Shown here: one piece after another, positions 12,001 through 23,278 of the stretch
How positions within the stretch are numbered: position 1 is the first letter of the stretch
Layout: every line of letters begins with the position of its first letter
DNA from: Hyphochytrium catenoides
Lineage: Eukaryota > Protista > Hyphochytriomycota
Direction of reading: 5' to 3'
DNA: 46,999 nt
NCBI GenBank assembly: GCA_900088475.1
Contig: FLMG01000956.1
Span: forward strand, 1-46,999
The notes under the pieces: model-generated
Database searches by the model: none
Told to the model about the DNA's origin: nothing
Seen by the model: only the letters and a program-made list of their open reading frames with translations
Made by a program: the position numbers and the translations under genes

Positions 12001-15000
12001 GGCATTTCGGAACCTGAGAGAGCAAGTGTCGTCAGCGTCATCTCAAGCTAGTGACCAAACTGCGGGAGATCCTCGTCTCTTCATTCACTGGTATTCTCAC
12101 GCTATGGTGAAGGGGTTCTTAGAAAAGGCAGCAGAGCAGCTATCGGCGACTCAACTCACGGGAATTGCCCTCAGTTCTTTGAATGCCGTCCTCGGCTCTA
12201 CACAAGAGAGCGAGTTGACTAGCCATCTCCGTCTTTACTTCCTGAAGTGCCTGGGAGGAGATCTGGATCAGCTCCGAAAGGACTGTGCGGAAGGCGGCAC
12301 GTATGCCATCTCCTGTCCCTGGCTAGCTCGAATGGGCTTTCAAGAAGCATTGTCACAAAGCTCCCTCCCTTTCAACTTCTTCAAACACAATTCTCACCTC
12401 GCAGCGATGCCGGAAGTCAGAGGTGCTAAGGGAAGAGACTCAGATGTGAGTTCGACGCCTATTAGCGTCATTGACGTATGGGAAGCAGCTGCAGAGTACC
12501 AACCGCCGAGGATGTCACTGCTGAGAGAGTACGTTAACGATATCCTTCATGACAAAGTTCCTGAGGCTGCAGTAGCCAAAGCGCAGGCTCTTTCCGCAAT
12601 CACTTTAACAAAGCTCTGCAGTGGAACAACTTCGAGGATCTCACGACAGAGGAAAGAAGCTGTCGCTAATGAGCTGAACCGCCTTTCAACGTCACTGCTG
12701 TGCGGCGTCCGGTCTCATGGCTCCTTTGCACAACTCGCAGCTCTGGAGTTTGAGAACTGTGATGGCGTGTTTGAGCAGGCTGTGGAAGGGCGACAAGCCT
12801 CCATCGACGCGATGCTTATGTCTCTGACTCTGACTGCCATTGCTGAGACCGGCAAGCACCCCACGAACCTGCTCAGTCAATACTTTGTTGCTCCTGAAAA
12901 TAGCGTCACAAGTCCTCAGACCTTTGTTGTTGGTGCAGAAGCAAATTCACTGAGTGAAATAATGCGAGCGCTAGGGCTCGCGACTGTGACACGGTATCAG
13001 TGCTCCTGCGGTTTCAAGTACCTTGTGGGGGAGTGTGGACATGTGACGCATGATGTAGAGTGTAGCTGTGGTCAGCGGTTGGGCGGGGCAGTGTATGGCG
13101 TCCCGCACCCTGGTCAGACAATGATAGATGAGCAGCCTGTGACACCTCACAGTGTGGAGGATGAACCGGGCTATATCTTCTCTTTGGCCGCCAGAGATCA
13201 ACTGCAACGGAAGGAGAGACAGCTCACTCCCATTCTTTACCGTATGCTTTCTCTCTTTGTCCACACGGTCCTCTTTGCCCACGCACTGGTCCGAAGAAGG
13301 AAGTCTACGCTTGTGCTCCCTGGTGACGTTGTCAAAGAGAGCAGCGAGTTGAAGCACTGCTGGGAGTTTATGAGGGCCAACTTCAACGTTTTGACTGCTG
13401 AAGCATCCATCCCTGAAGGCAGAGAGACCATCCTAGGAGCATTCCTCCATGAGGCGCTACGCACTGTGGTCAGTAGCCGACAACTACGCGGTAGAGCACC
13501 AGCCTCGCCAGAAGCCCGACTGGCGTGGGAGGTGTCGTTTGCCCAAGTGAGCCAGCCTCTCGTTGACCGTAGGATGGAAGAAGGCATTAGATTCCTGGCC
13601 GAGTTTGCAGATCACCCGATCAGTGCCTTTGAGAAGGACTTTAAGGAGCTTCGCCAGCCACTGTGGAGCTCAATCTCATGCAGTGGCTTTTACCGTCTGA
13701 CAAAACCACTGACCTTTGATGCACTAATGGTCGCCTTCCAACGGAACGAGAGTCATCGCGAAGAATTCCCGCTTGTAGACGTGTTGCTACGGAACAGAGA
13801 GAAGCTGTCTCTCATCTCTTGTCTGAGTGTCTTCACCTCATGGATGGTAGCTCTCCGCAAGGAGTTCAACTTACGCATCTCTCGGCGTGAGGCTGAAGAG
13901 GCCACGCACAGAGACCTCTGGACGCGAAAAGACGGCAGCGGTTTCCCGACTCAGTTGACTAAGGAGGACTTTGTCGAGTATCGAGAGGCGTGGAACTACT
14001 TCCGTTGTAATTATAAGCAGGACAATCCTACAGACTTTGTCATTCGGGACGAGTGTAAGGAGATTACTCTGTGGGAGATGGCTGAAGACTGCAGTCTCAT
14101 CTGCTCCTGCTTCAATCACTATGACACTGGCCGTGTGCTGGGTCTCGTCGTGTCCAAGCTTGCTACCTTCCAGAATGAGTTCGTCACAGAAGCTCTCAAC
14201 GTGAAAGTAGGTGGGAAGAATCTAGTCTGTAGCCTGGAGACACAAGAGATACAACGAGCCACGGAGGACCAATTCATCTGTTATAACGAGCAAGAGCTTT
14301 GGGAGAGCATGCTCAAGCCATACGGACACGTGCGGCTCGAGTATGGAAGAGGATGTGAACATCTCTTTGACTTTCAACGCATTGAGCGGGTCATCCTCCA
14401 CGAGCTTGTCAACGGAAAGTGTATATTTTCCAACGCTGATGACGTGAGAAAGATCTCCCCTGTCGTGTTTATTGATGAGACCTTCATCAACGACAAGCAG
14501 CTCTTTCAGAGCATCCAAGCAAAGATTGAACAGAAGCCGCTACCTGATGCCGAGCTCATCCGTGCTGACAAGTATGTGCAGAGTCTCCAAGAGGTCAGCA
14601 AAAAGCTCTTGCCAGCCGTTGAAGCCGTGCTCTTCATAGTCTACCACGCCAAAGAAGCCTTCAGCCCTCAGATGACACTGCTGGAATTATCAGAGACCTG
14701 GCTGGACATCGTCAATCGGGATCGCATGCTTAGCTATCACAAAGGCGGTAGTCCCGTCACGACTCTACCGCTAGAGAACTTGGAAGCGCTGTATGAAGTG
14801 CTGGAGGACACGATATCGGACTCAGTCCTCGTAAACATCGATGCTGCGGCTTATGGGAAGCCCTTTGAAGACATTGAGTTACTGACTCACACTGCCATGC
14901 ATGTGGGCGGTTGGGTCGCGTTTGAGCACGGCTTCCGGAGGTTCATCATGCGATACCTGCGGCGCCCTGACCCGATCAATCCCGCTCATCCGTTACACTT

Positions 15001-15334
15001 CTATCTGACCGAGCTCGTTCGATTCCCTCGTGGCAGCAAGGATCTATCAGCAAACGAAGCTCTGGGGGACTCATGGGAGAAATACACGGTGCAACAGAGT
15101 TTGTCCATACTCGCGGCAGTGCGCAAGAAGATCCAAGAAGAAAGGGAGGCGGAGATGGCCAGGTCTAACCCTCGTTATCGTGATGGTGCTCCCGCTGGTG
15201 AAGGTCAAGTGCCCCTTCGGTCCAACAGGATGCAGCGTCAAATAGGCAGAGAAGGGAGCAAGCGAGGAGGAGCGCAATCATCGAGTGTGAGAATGCCCTT
15301 AGGAGGCGGTCGGAAGTATCGACCAGGTCTGTGA
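27..15334 (+). CDS. RNF213: RNF213/mysterin-like giant AAA+ ATPase / RZ-finger E3 ubiquitin ligase (ORFs 27..9503 and 9527..15334 are one gene; ~5,090 aa if joined by a 35-nt intron 9475..9509)
   Basis: Ordered RNF213 hallmarks in ORF1: GAGLGKT (5601-5621), MGETGCGKT (6782-6808) with IFLDEIN, FFAACNPY, LVYRVYPLP, VGKPGSSKT (7836-7862) with VLIDEVGLAE, GISNWSLDAAKMNR, GLRDFYS, LYDMLNQ, CRVALG, PPFLNRFEK. ORF2 continues with ITTF, L-x-x-FETE, VVFLVHL, GW-x-x-x-HID, an RZ-finger-like YQCSCG...VGECG...CSC...LGG, and C-terminal FRRFIMRYL. Confidence 0.93.
825..1226 (+). other. CBM20-like carbohydrate-binding domain near the N-terminus of the RNF213-like protein
   Basis: Beta-strand-like segment IRLVVHQ...IWSTEW...LEYLYFW...FEKEARLFTIP...FNRFDI resembles the EYKY...E...NR...D pattern of the CBM20-like domain known in RNF213. 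It follows a ~265-aa disordered leader. Confidence 0.5.
12995..13114 (+). other. RZ finger (RNF213-ZNFX1 finger), variant
   Basis: YQCSCGFKYLVGECGHVTHDVECSCGQRLGGAVYGVPHPG versus the canonical Y-x-C-P-N-G-H-x3-G-E-C-G-x7-C-x2-C-x3-I-G-G-x2-H; expected position in the E3 module. Confidence 0.88.
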
Positions 15335-15547
15335 GAAGGAGAAAAGGAGGGGAGAAGAGAGACATAGTTCTATTTATTTATGGGAATGTCACTATTTGTG
15401 CTAATGTTTATTCTCTGTGCCTTATACGCTACTTACCACACAGCCGATGAGCAGCAGATTCCTCTCTCTCTCTCGCTCTGTGTGTCCCCCACTCTCCTTC
15501 CCTCCTCTCGCTCTCTTCCTCGCATACTCTCTTTTCCTTCTTAAACT

Positions 15548-15923
15548 TCATCATAGACTACACCTATCAATCTTTGTCACAGGGATTGTAGAGATGTCAA
15601 AGTCCTCCAACAGTCGGGCATTGACCGCACTTATAGGACGAGAGAAGTCGGCTTCAAAATGGTCATGTCCCACGTGGCTTTGCCCTTAATGCAGGCCGGG
15701 CAGCCACAGACAGAGCAGTGGTGATGGAGGTGGAACACCTCATTCGTGGTATAACCCGTGGTGTGATCGTTCTTGATGAAGTTAACTTTGTAGGGCTCGT
15801 AGTAGGCCCAGAGAGCTCCCCGCCTGAAGCAGAAGGTACAGTCATACTCTGTGAGCTCCGTGGGTGGCTCCGCAAGTTCGTACTCTGTCGCTCGATAGTG
15901 ACACTTCGCTTTTTGATGGGCAT
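15548..15923 (-). pseudogene. GFA/CENP-V family (glutathione-dependent formaldehyde-activating enzyme-like) pseudogene, bacterial-type
   Basis: Stitched over two frameshifts: MPIK / AKCHYRATEYELAEPPTELTEYDCTFCFRRGALWAYY...HHHCSVCGC...W / DHFEADFSRPISAVNARLLEDFDISTIPVTKIDRCSL*. The pattern CxC...CxCxxC..RGALWAYY...HxFCxxCG...VNARL matches proteobacterial GFA proteins. Two Zn-ligand Cys read Tyr. Confidence 0.85.
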
Positions 15924-16079
15924 GGTGGCGACTGACAGCACTGGACAACAGCACTGGACAGGTCTAGAGTTCAACAAATTGTGATGATGTGCTCACGAGT
16001 CAGTGGGGTGGTAGGGAGCTGGGTCGTGAAGCTAAAATGGAGACTGCTGCTGAACTGGACTGGTGTCCTTCTAGCAGAA

Positions 16080-16462
16080 GGACGGGCACTGCGATAATGC
16101 TTTCGTCTCATGAGCATACCGTCTAGTAATAAGGAATGGAAAGTGTTGCACATTGCACAGCTAACTTGATCCTCCACGGCCCCATTCTTCGCCTCGACCT
16201 GCATAATAGCGGCATTGGCAAGTAAGAGAGGGAGGCATTACACAGATTGGAAGGGCCATGGTCCGTCATAAACTGCTGACAATCGGAGAGGAAGTGACTC
16301 ATTATAAAGCTCCACGTTTCTAGGTAGAGATTATCAAAAGAGAGGGAGGTGCCTGGTCCTGTCTCTAATGAAGACATCTGCTGCTCGTCTTTGCCGGAGT
16401 TGAACCGGGCGACAAAACCGAGAGCGGCATTTATAAACTGTTTCCGCTTTCCTCTTCCCATG
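16080..16462 (-). pseudogene. possible decayed F-box-like gene fragment
   Basis: SLSFDNLYLETWSFIMSHFL and, in another frame, CAMCNTFHSLLLD loosely resemble the two halves of an F-box motif. Confidence 0.25.
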
Positions 16463-16548
16463 TCGGCCCGCAGCGCCAAATCTTGCAGCCTAATCTAATC
16501 TCTCTGTCTTTTTTTTCTCTCCTTGTGCATGACGTGCTGTCTCTATCT

Positions 16549-18027
16549 CTAGGGTGCTGCATCGTCGATCCCTAATGACTTGAGAAGATATCCGATAAAG
16601 TACCCGCTACCTGCTGCCACGGTGCCATTGAAGGCCATAATCGCACCACTTCGAGTCCATGGCTGTCCCACAAACTTACCCTTGAACACTATTAGAAGTA
16701 ATAGAAGGCGGCTTAGGAGACACAGTTGGAGTTTTGAATAACAGAGAGGAGAAGGCGAAGAAAGAGGAAGCAACAAAACATGTCAACGCCACGGACTGCA
16801 TTGAACTCGCAGACAAGTTTTCTTCCACAAAGGGACGGACGCAAAACAACAGGAAGCACAGAGCCGGCTTGGGAAATGAATAAAGAGAGAGAGAGAGGAC
16901 AGACAGAGAAGAAAGAGGAAGGGACAGAGAGAGAGGGAACGAGATATAGAGAAGAAAAGAGGGACTCTAGGAAGAAATCAGAAGCTAAAGAAAGAGAAAG
17001 GAGGAAAGAGAGGGAATGGACGCGCTAACGGGCTCGAAGGTGTCAGCTGAAGAATAGCTAGTGAGGGCCAGCAGTGAGAAAAGGAGAGCACTGGCGGCGC
17101 ACAGGGGACAGATACAAGGCTGAGAAGTTTGCCTTCATTCTCACCTTGACGGCACCAAGCATGAACAAAGTGACGAATGTCATCAGACAGGAAAGGGTCA
17201 GCATCGTATCGCCCTCCGCGTGCACTCCAGGAATAAGGCCGAAGAGGTAGGGAACCAGAGGGATTGAACCGAAAAGCATAAAGGATAGGAATGTGACGAA
17301 ACCTGAGGTATAGAAAGAGGAAGAGAGAATAACGGGAGAACATAGAGAGTTAGAAGAAAGGGACAAATGCGAGAAACGAAAGAGGACTCATCGTTACGCG
17401 TTCTCTCAGGAGGTTGAAGAGTTGAGACGGTGGAAGAAGCAAGGAAGCTTGAGCCAACAGACTGATGCAACGCGCTATTTGAGCGACAAACATACTCAGG
17501 AGGTTTGGAGAGTTGAGACGTGTGGAGAAGCAAGGAAGCCTGAGCCAACAGACTGATGCAACGCGCTATTTGAGCGACGAAAGTAAATGGAGCAAGAGGT
17601 AACGAGCCAAACGAAGGAATTGCATCTAAGGCTCCCCCTTTCTCCCTCCATCCCAATGGAGATAGAGACTAGCGCTGCAGAAGGAGAGAGAGAGCGAATG
17701 TTCCACAATAATTGAGGAGAGAGTGACGGATAAAGAGCAAAAACAAAGAAAGAGATAGAGAAAGAAGAAGAACACAGAGAGGCAGCATAGAGAGAGGGGT
17801 GGGGAGGAAGAGATGTGTGAAGCACAAAGATACCTCCGAACCAAGGATTCTCGTCATCATCGGCTGGCATGATGTTGAGCTCTTCAATCATCATGATATC
17901 CACAAAAGCTTCTTTATATTTGGAGAGAGTCGACACCACCAGTCGCGCGTCCTCCTTGCTAATCCCATTTTTCTCATAGATTTCCACCATTTCATCCATC
18001 TCACCCTCGGGATAGTTTTCAAGCTCC
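16549..18027 (-). pseudogene. VIT1/CCC1-family vacuolar iron transporter, 3' three exons only (18027-17834, 17302-17145, 16680-16549)
   Basis: (W)ELENYPEGEMDEMVEIYEKNGISKEDA...FVDIMMIEEL, GFVTFLSFMLFGSIPLVPY...LFMLGAVK, GKFVGQPWTRSG...YFIGYLL. GT-AG sites keep frame. No N-terminal exon (DG-containing TM1) is found upstream. Confidence 0.85.
17405..17582. repeat. ~90-bp imperfect tandem duplication inside a VIT intron
   Basis: ctcaggaggtt...gagccaacagactgatgcaacgcgctatttgagcgac starts at 17405 and again at 17495. Confidence 0.9.
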
Positions 18028-18058
18028 CTAAATGACAGAGGAGGAGAAGGAGACGAAC

Positions 18059-19155
18059 CTGCGTCAGCATCCTATAAGTGAAGATCTCGTTCCAGATATA
18101 ATAGTCTCATAAGAGGGCGAGAACCGTTGGAAGGGAAGAGAGATAACTACAGGTTGCACTGGTACACCGGCAAGGAAAGCACCTGATCGGAAACCGATGA
18201 GGCTTGTTCCATTAGAGGTTTTTCCTACAGGAGACAGGGAAGGGAAAAATAGAGGAGAGACCAGTGGGTAACAACAACGATAAGGGAGATATCTGAAGGG
18301 TTTATCCGCCGACGACTCAACTCTTCCTCTCTCGTTGCTCTGTCTGTCGGTCAAGAAGTCTCACTCTCACTCTCGTTCACTGATCTTTTGTCTTCCATCC
18401 CCTCTCCCTTGACTCACCCTTCGGGAAGAGAAGTAGGGGTATATATGAACCAGGTGGGGCCTTCGCCATTGAGTCTAATAATCGCTTAAGAAGAGCAGCG
18501 GCGCCTCCTGCTGCCCTCCTTTTATTATCAACCGCGACCGACTGAAGGATCTACGGCGCATGAAGGGGAGAAGGAAGATCAACAGGGAGACGAGGATAGG
18601 TACAAGGGTGAGGAGGGTAGAGAGAGAACTGAAAGAGAGGTAGCACAGCAGATGGTAAAAGATAGACAAACAGCTGGAATTCGCGTTGATCGAGAAGAGA
18701 CAGAGGGGAGGGAGGAGAGAGGCTTCTCAGGCAGAAGCTTACGGAGGACAGGATCTGGCGTCTCCAAAACGAAGCCTACAAGGGAAAGGCACAGAGGCAC
18801 AGAAGAATATAGAACAGAGAGAGAGAGAGAGAGAGCGCGCGCGCGAGAGAGAGAGAGAGAGAGAAAGAGAAAACCGTACCTCTCTTGCGATTGCCCCTAC
18901 GAAAGGCAACTGAAGACAACCCTCCTTCATGACAAAGGAAGGGCACAATAAGGACGCCATAGAAGAGAATCTCCACGATAGAGACGTGGTTGGAGACGAT
19001 AACGTGCACCTCTTCCTTATCCTTTCTCTGCTTTCGCCCTGATGACTGATCTTCTCCGTAGACCTCAATGTAATGATGAAAGCCCATAGAGAATAGCAGC
19101 GCCCTGTTGTGCGAACAGTGAAGGATGATGAAGGATGAGGACATCATTCTCTCTC

Positions 19156-19191
<36 letters not shown>

Positions 19192-19951
19192 ACTTCTCCC
19201 TCTTTGCTTCAGTCTGTTCGTCATTTCTGTCCTGGCTTTGCATTCTCTGTCTGGCTCTCTCTCCTCGCAACTTCTGTCTTATTATGCGCCTCTTGCTGTG
19301 GTTCTTTTTTTCTCCCATCCTTTCAGCTATTTCCATATCATCCTTAGCTGTCCTTATCTTCTCCTCAGTCCCGCTCCTTTCCTTGCCTATCACACGCTTT
19401 CTCTCTCTCACTTCTCTCTCTCTCTCTCTCCTGCCTGGACACTATCCTCGTGAACAGTCTCATCTTTGGCGTCTTTCCAATTAGCTGGGCACAGGAGAGA
19501 GACACCCGCGCGATGAGGTAGTAAGAAATAGTGATGAAGCTGCAGAGGAAGAGACGGATAGGAAAGAGAGAGCAGAGGCCAACGAGCATCTTTGTGGCCT
19601 CGTAAAGCCCTACATCGGGATCCACCCTCTCGAAAGGAAAGTAAGGAAAGACAGGGGAAGATAGAGAAGGAGTGTGAGAGGAGGGAAGAGCCGCTAGTGC
19701 CGCCTCTAGGTGGTCATGAAAGAGGTCTGGCGGAGTGACGACTGGAGGGTGTCTGGATGTTGGACAAGAGAGAACGGAGGGCAGAGGAGGAGCTGTCTTG
19801 AAGCAGTCGTCTCATCTCTCACTCCTCTCTCTTTCTCTCTCTTGGCCTCTTCCAGAGAACCATAGTCAGCGCTCAAAGGAGGAGGAAGAGTAGGAGTTGC
19901 TCCAGAAGCGGTAGAGGTGGTGGCGCCCGATAGGGCTTCTCGTTCTCTCAT
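18059..19951 (-). pseudogene. LPCAT/LPEAT-like lysophospholipid acyltransferase (PlsC family) pseudogene, 3'-truncated
   Basis: PFERVDPDVGLYEATKMLVGLCSLFPIRL; RALLFSMGF; IVSNHVSIVEIL / frameshift / PSFVMKEGCLQLPFVGAIARE; exon 18550-18418 ending PLLLFPKG (canonical FPEG); exon 18224-18059 KTSNGTSLIGFRSGAFLAGVPVQPV...YETI / frameshift / WNEIFTYRMLTQ. Several frameshifts and microsatellite expansions; the 5' boundary is uncertain. Confidence 0.85.
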
Positions 19952-22900
19952 GCTGTGGAATTCTTGGAGAGGAGGTGAACAGAAGAAGCGAGTCGCGCTA
20001 CTAGTAAACAAGGGGCAAACGAGAGCAGGCTGACGCAACTGTTACTAATATAGCAAGAGAGTGAATGAGACTAATAATGATGGAAGAGTGAGAGACAAGA
20101 AGAGAGAGAGAGATAAGGAGTGAGCGAGCGACAGCTAAAAAGGACGGATTCGGGGGGAGGAGACAGAAAACCACCAGAGAGAAAGAGGAGAGAGACGAGA
20201 TAGCTAAAGGGGAAAGAATTGCCAGCGAAAGATACGAAGCATAGTAAGCATCTAAAGAAGAGGAGCCGCATGTAGTGCTTCTTCTTGTTTCGCCCTTCTT
20301 GTCCAAGTATACTCCGTCGAAAGGCACCTTTGGTTGACCGCCAGGAGGAGGAACAACAAGAGAGAAGAAGATCAGAGAAGAGGGTGCGAGACGAGGAGAA
20401 GGAAGCGTCAACAATAAGAATGAAGAAAACAGAAAAAGACGGGGAAGGAGGCGACTAAGTAGAGCGGCAGCAGGGAATCTGAGTAGTTGGAGGCAGGCGA
20501 GAGGCGGCGGCCGCAGCGTCGTGGGCGGCGGGTGGAAGTAAAGATCAGGAGGAGGAAAGGAAGCGGGGGCCAAAGTGAGACAGGCGACTGAAACCTCCCT
20601 CCGTCATTTTGCTTCACGTTCAGAGGCTACTACTTGTACTACAACTACGTACAGCATAGTTTGGGGCTTGTGAGTATGGGAGAAGAAGAAGATTGGAGAG
20701 TGATGAAGAACCCCTCCACCCTTGCCATAATATCTCATCCCTTCTCTTAGTGACAGTCTCTGTTACTCTGTTTCTATAGAGTGGGATGGTACAGGTTATT
20801 ATGCTAACAAACGGTCTGCATCCACGCACTCTTCTTTCCCTTTTACTTCTATCTCTTTCACTCTGTCTTGTCTTTGCCTGGTGCTACGTTTCTCATGAGC
20901 GTTTCCGTTCGTGGGCAGCTGCTGCTGCTGCTGGTGGCTCCTCCTCCTCCTCCTCCTCCTCCAGAGGATCTTGATTGAGGCGGAGGTCGCGCAGCAGCAG
21001 CAGCGACTACTACTTAACGAGCGACGCACGCCGGCCATCTTCATATTCAGATGAGAAGGAGGAGGAGGACGGGAGGAAGGAGGAGAAAGAGAGAGAAGTA
21101 GAGAGAGCAATAGACAGATAGGTAATAAGGAGAGTGGCAGAAAAGACAGAAGAAGAGAAAAAGGAAGGTCAAAAAGGAGGAGAGAAGAGAGAGAGGGAAA
21201 GAGAGAGAGGAGAGGAGGAGAAGAGCAGCAGCAGCATTCTATCTGCTGCCAACATATAAGAAGAAGAGTCCAGGTCTTTTCCCCCTCGTCGCATCAACTA
21301 CAAGTGCTGAGTTCTTCTGCTGGTTCTTCATGCAGCCAATAATAATGATGGATAGGGAAGAGCTTCCTTCCTTCCTTCCTTCATCGTCCGTAGTAGTAAT
21401 AATGATGAATCTACTATTATTGGATCAATTCTTTCCTCCTCCGCAGCAGCAGAAGATCATCAGCAGCGGGCGATATCATCTACTACTACATTCCCTCTCA
21501 AGAAGAAGGTGATCGCTCCTGCCAAACAAAGAAGGCTCTAAACCTCTCAAGGTGGTAGAGCTTGTACTTGAAAAAGAGCTAGGAAAGCAAGAGAGGATGC
21601 TCCTTTCTCCATCCTTGATGATGAACCATAATAATAGAAAGGAGTGGCGTCTCTTTCTCATCAGCGTCCGTCCGCCTCTCTCTCTTCGCCAAGGATGACA
21701 GGGAAGACGACGAACGAACAACCAACCAACAAGAGGGCGCATTGAAGGGCGATTATTCTCATCCCGCATTTTTTGCCTCAAATCTTTATGTTGTGAAGAA
21801 GACGGCAAAGGATTTCTTCCTCGCCCTTCTTCTAATGATGATGAGGGAGTACTGCCTGCCTTGCCTTATTAAGTGGAAGCCCAGAAAGTTGTTGTCACTC
21901 TGCTTATCCTAGCGATCCGCCTGTTCCTCCTGCTCGACTCTATTATTGCTACTACGTGGTATTCCAAAAAAAAGCAGCGGCAGCAAGGGCTTTCCTGGAC
22001 TGGTGCACAGTCAATTTTATTGTGGTGGTGGGGCGCCGTGGACTTTACGGCAGTCAGTCAAGGTACTTTTGTCTAAGGCACTTCCTCCTCCTTCTCTTCC
22101 AAGATGGAGAGTATTATCCTTTTTGCGCCACATGCGCGTTTCCTAAGGTTCCGGCTGTCAGCCTACTCTTCTGTGCCCAACGACCTGAACTGAACGCGAA
22201 AGGAGGCCGCCCAGAGTATGGCTCGCTTTGAAGTCGCTAGTCTCCCAGAACCACGTGCGAATGAGCAAGTCCTGCAACACTCCTCTTTGCCCTCTCTGCT
22301 ACTAGCAGCAAGTGAGACTGAAGCGAAGAAAGAGGAATAATTGCATCTTCCTCTTATAGCAAGACGACAGGAGGGAAGAAGAAGTAAGCATTGGGACACG
22401 ATGTCATCAAATCTGGTGATGATCTTATTAATCGTCAAACTTCTAAACCTTCCTTCTAATCATGGTCCATCTACTGGGAGCCCTTCTTTGCTAATCGCAT
22501 AGTAGGCTCCTCTTCGATTACATCTGGTCTCCCCTTGGGTCTCCCTAACATCTGTACTGCCTGGGGGTGGGGGTGGGGGGGCTTGTTATCCCCTCCGTCC
22601 TTGTCTTCTAATAGCCAGCAGTACGTTATCATCACGGCGAGTAGGAAGATAGCTTCAGTGACATAGACAACTGTATGTTTTTGTTGCTTGCCTGCTGGTG
22701 TTATTCCTCCCTAGCCGCTCCTCTACCTCCTCCTAGTAGTACTATTAATTATTATCCCATTGTTGCTTCTTGGTGGAGGCCGCCTTCGCTCAATCACCAT
22801 CTCAGTCGTCTCTTCCAGCAGGAGGAGCACTATTCGGGTCGTCGTCCCCCACCATAAGATTATTAGACGCAACAGGAGAAGGAAGAAGAAGAAGACCCTT

Positions 22901-23278
22901 CGTTCTGCTCTGTTCTAGAAGGTCTTCTTGGCGATGGATGATGATGAGGAGCAGCAGAACTACTGATGAGTGTGTAGCTGTCGAAGGTCGAAGGTGCCAC
23001 TACGGCAGTAGTACTACCAGGCAGAAGAAGTAGTGAGCTGCTCTTACTACCTGTACTACTACTACTCTACTCCTCGTCCCTTGCCCCTGTCTTCTCCTCT
23101 CTTCAACGGACGTGCGTCATGACCTACGAGGTACAACACGACGTGACAACGACCTGCGATAATACGACGTTCTTGTCACTTGGATGTGAACGATTTCCAC
23201 GACGGCGGGAGGACGTACTAAATAATAAGTATTGAAGTATTGACCAACCAAGTAGTACTTCTTCTCCACTTCTCCTCC

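Noticed and set aside
9527-15334. ORF2 as an independent gene starting at GTG
   Set aside because: It begins mid-domain and continues the RNF213 architecture directly; a GTG start is unlikely in a eukaryote.
103-15365. Dozens of short antisense/alternate-frame ORFs over the RNF213-like gene
   Set aside because: Shadows of the long coding frame with no independent motifs.
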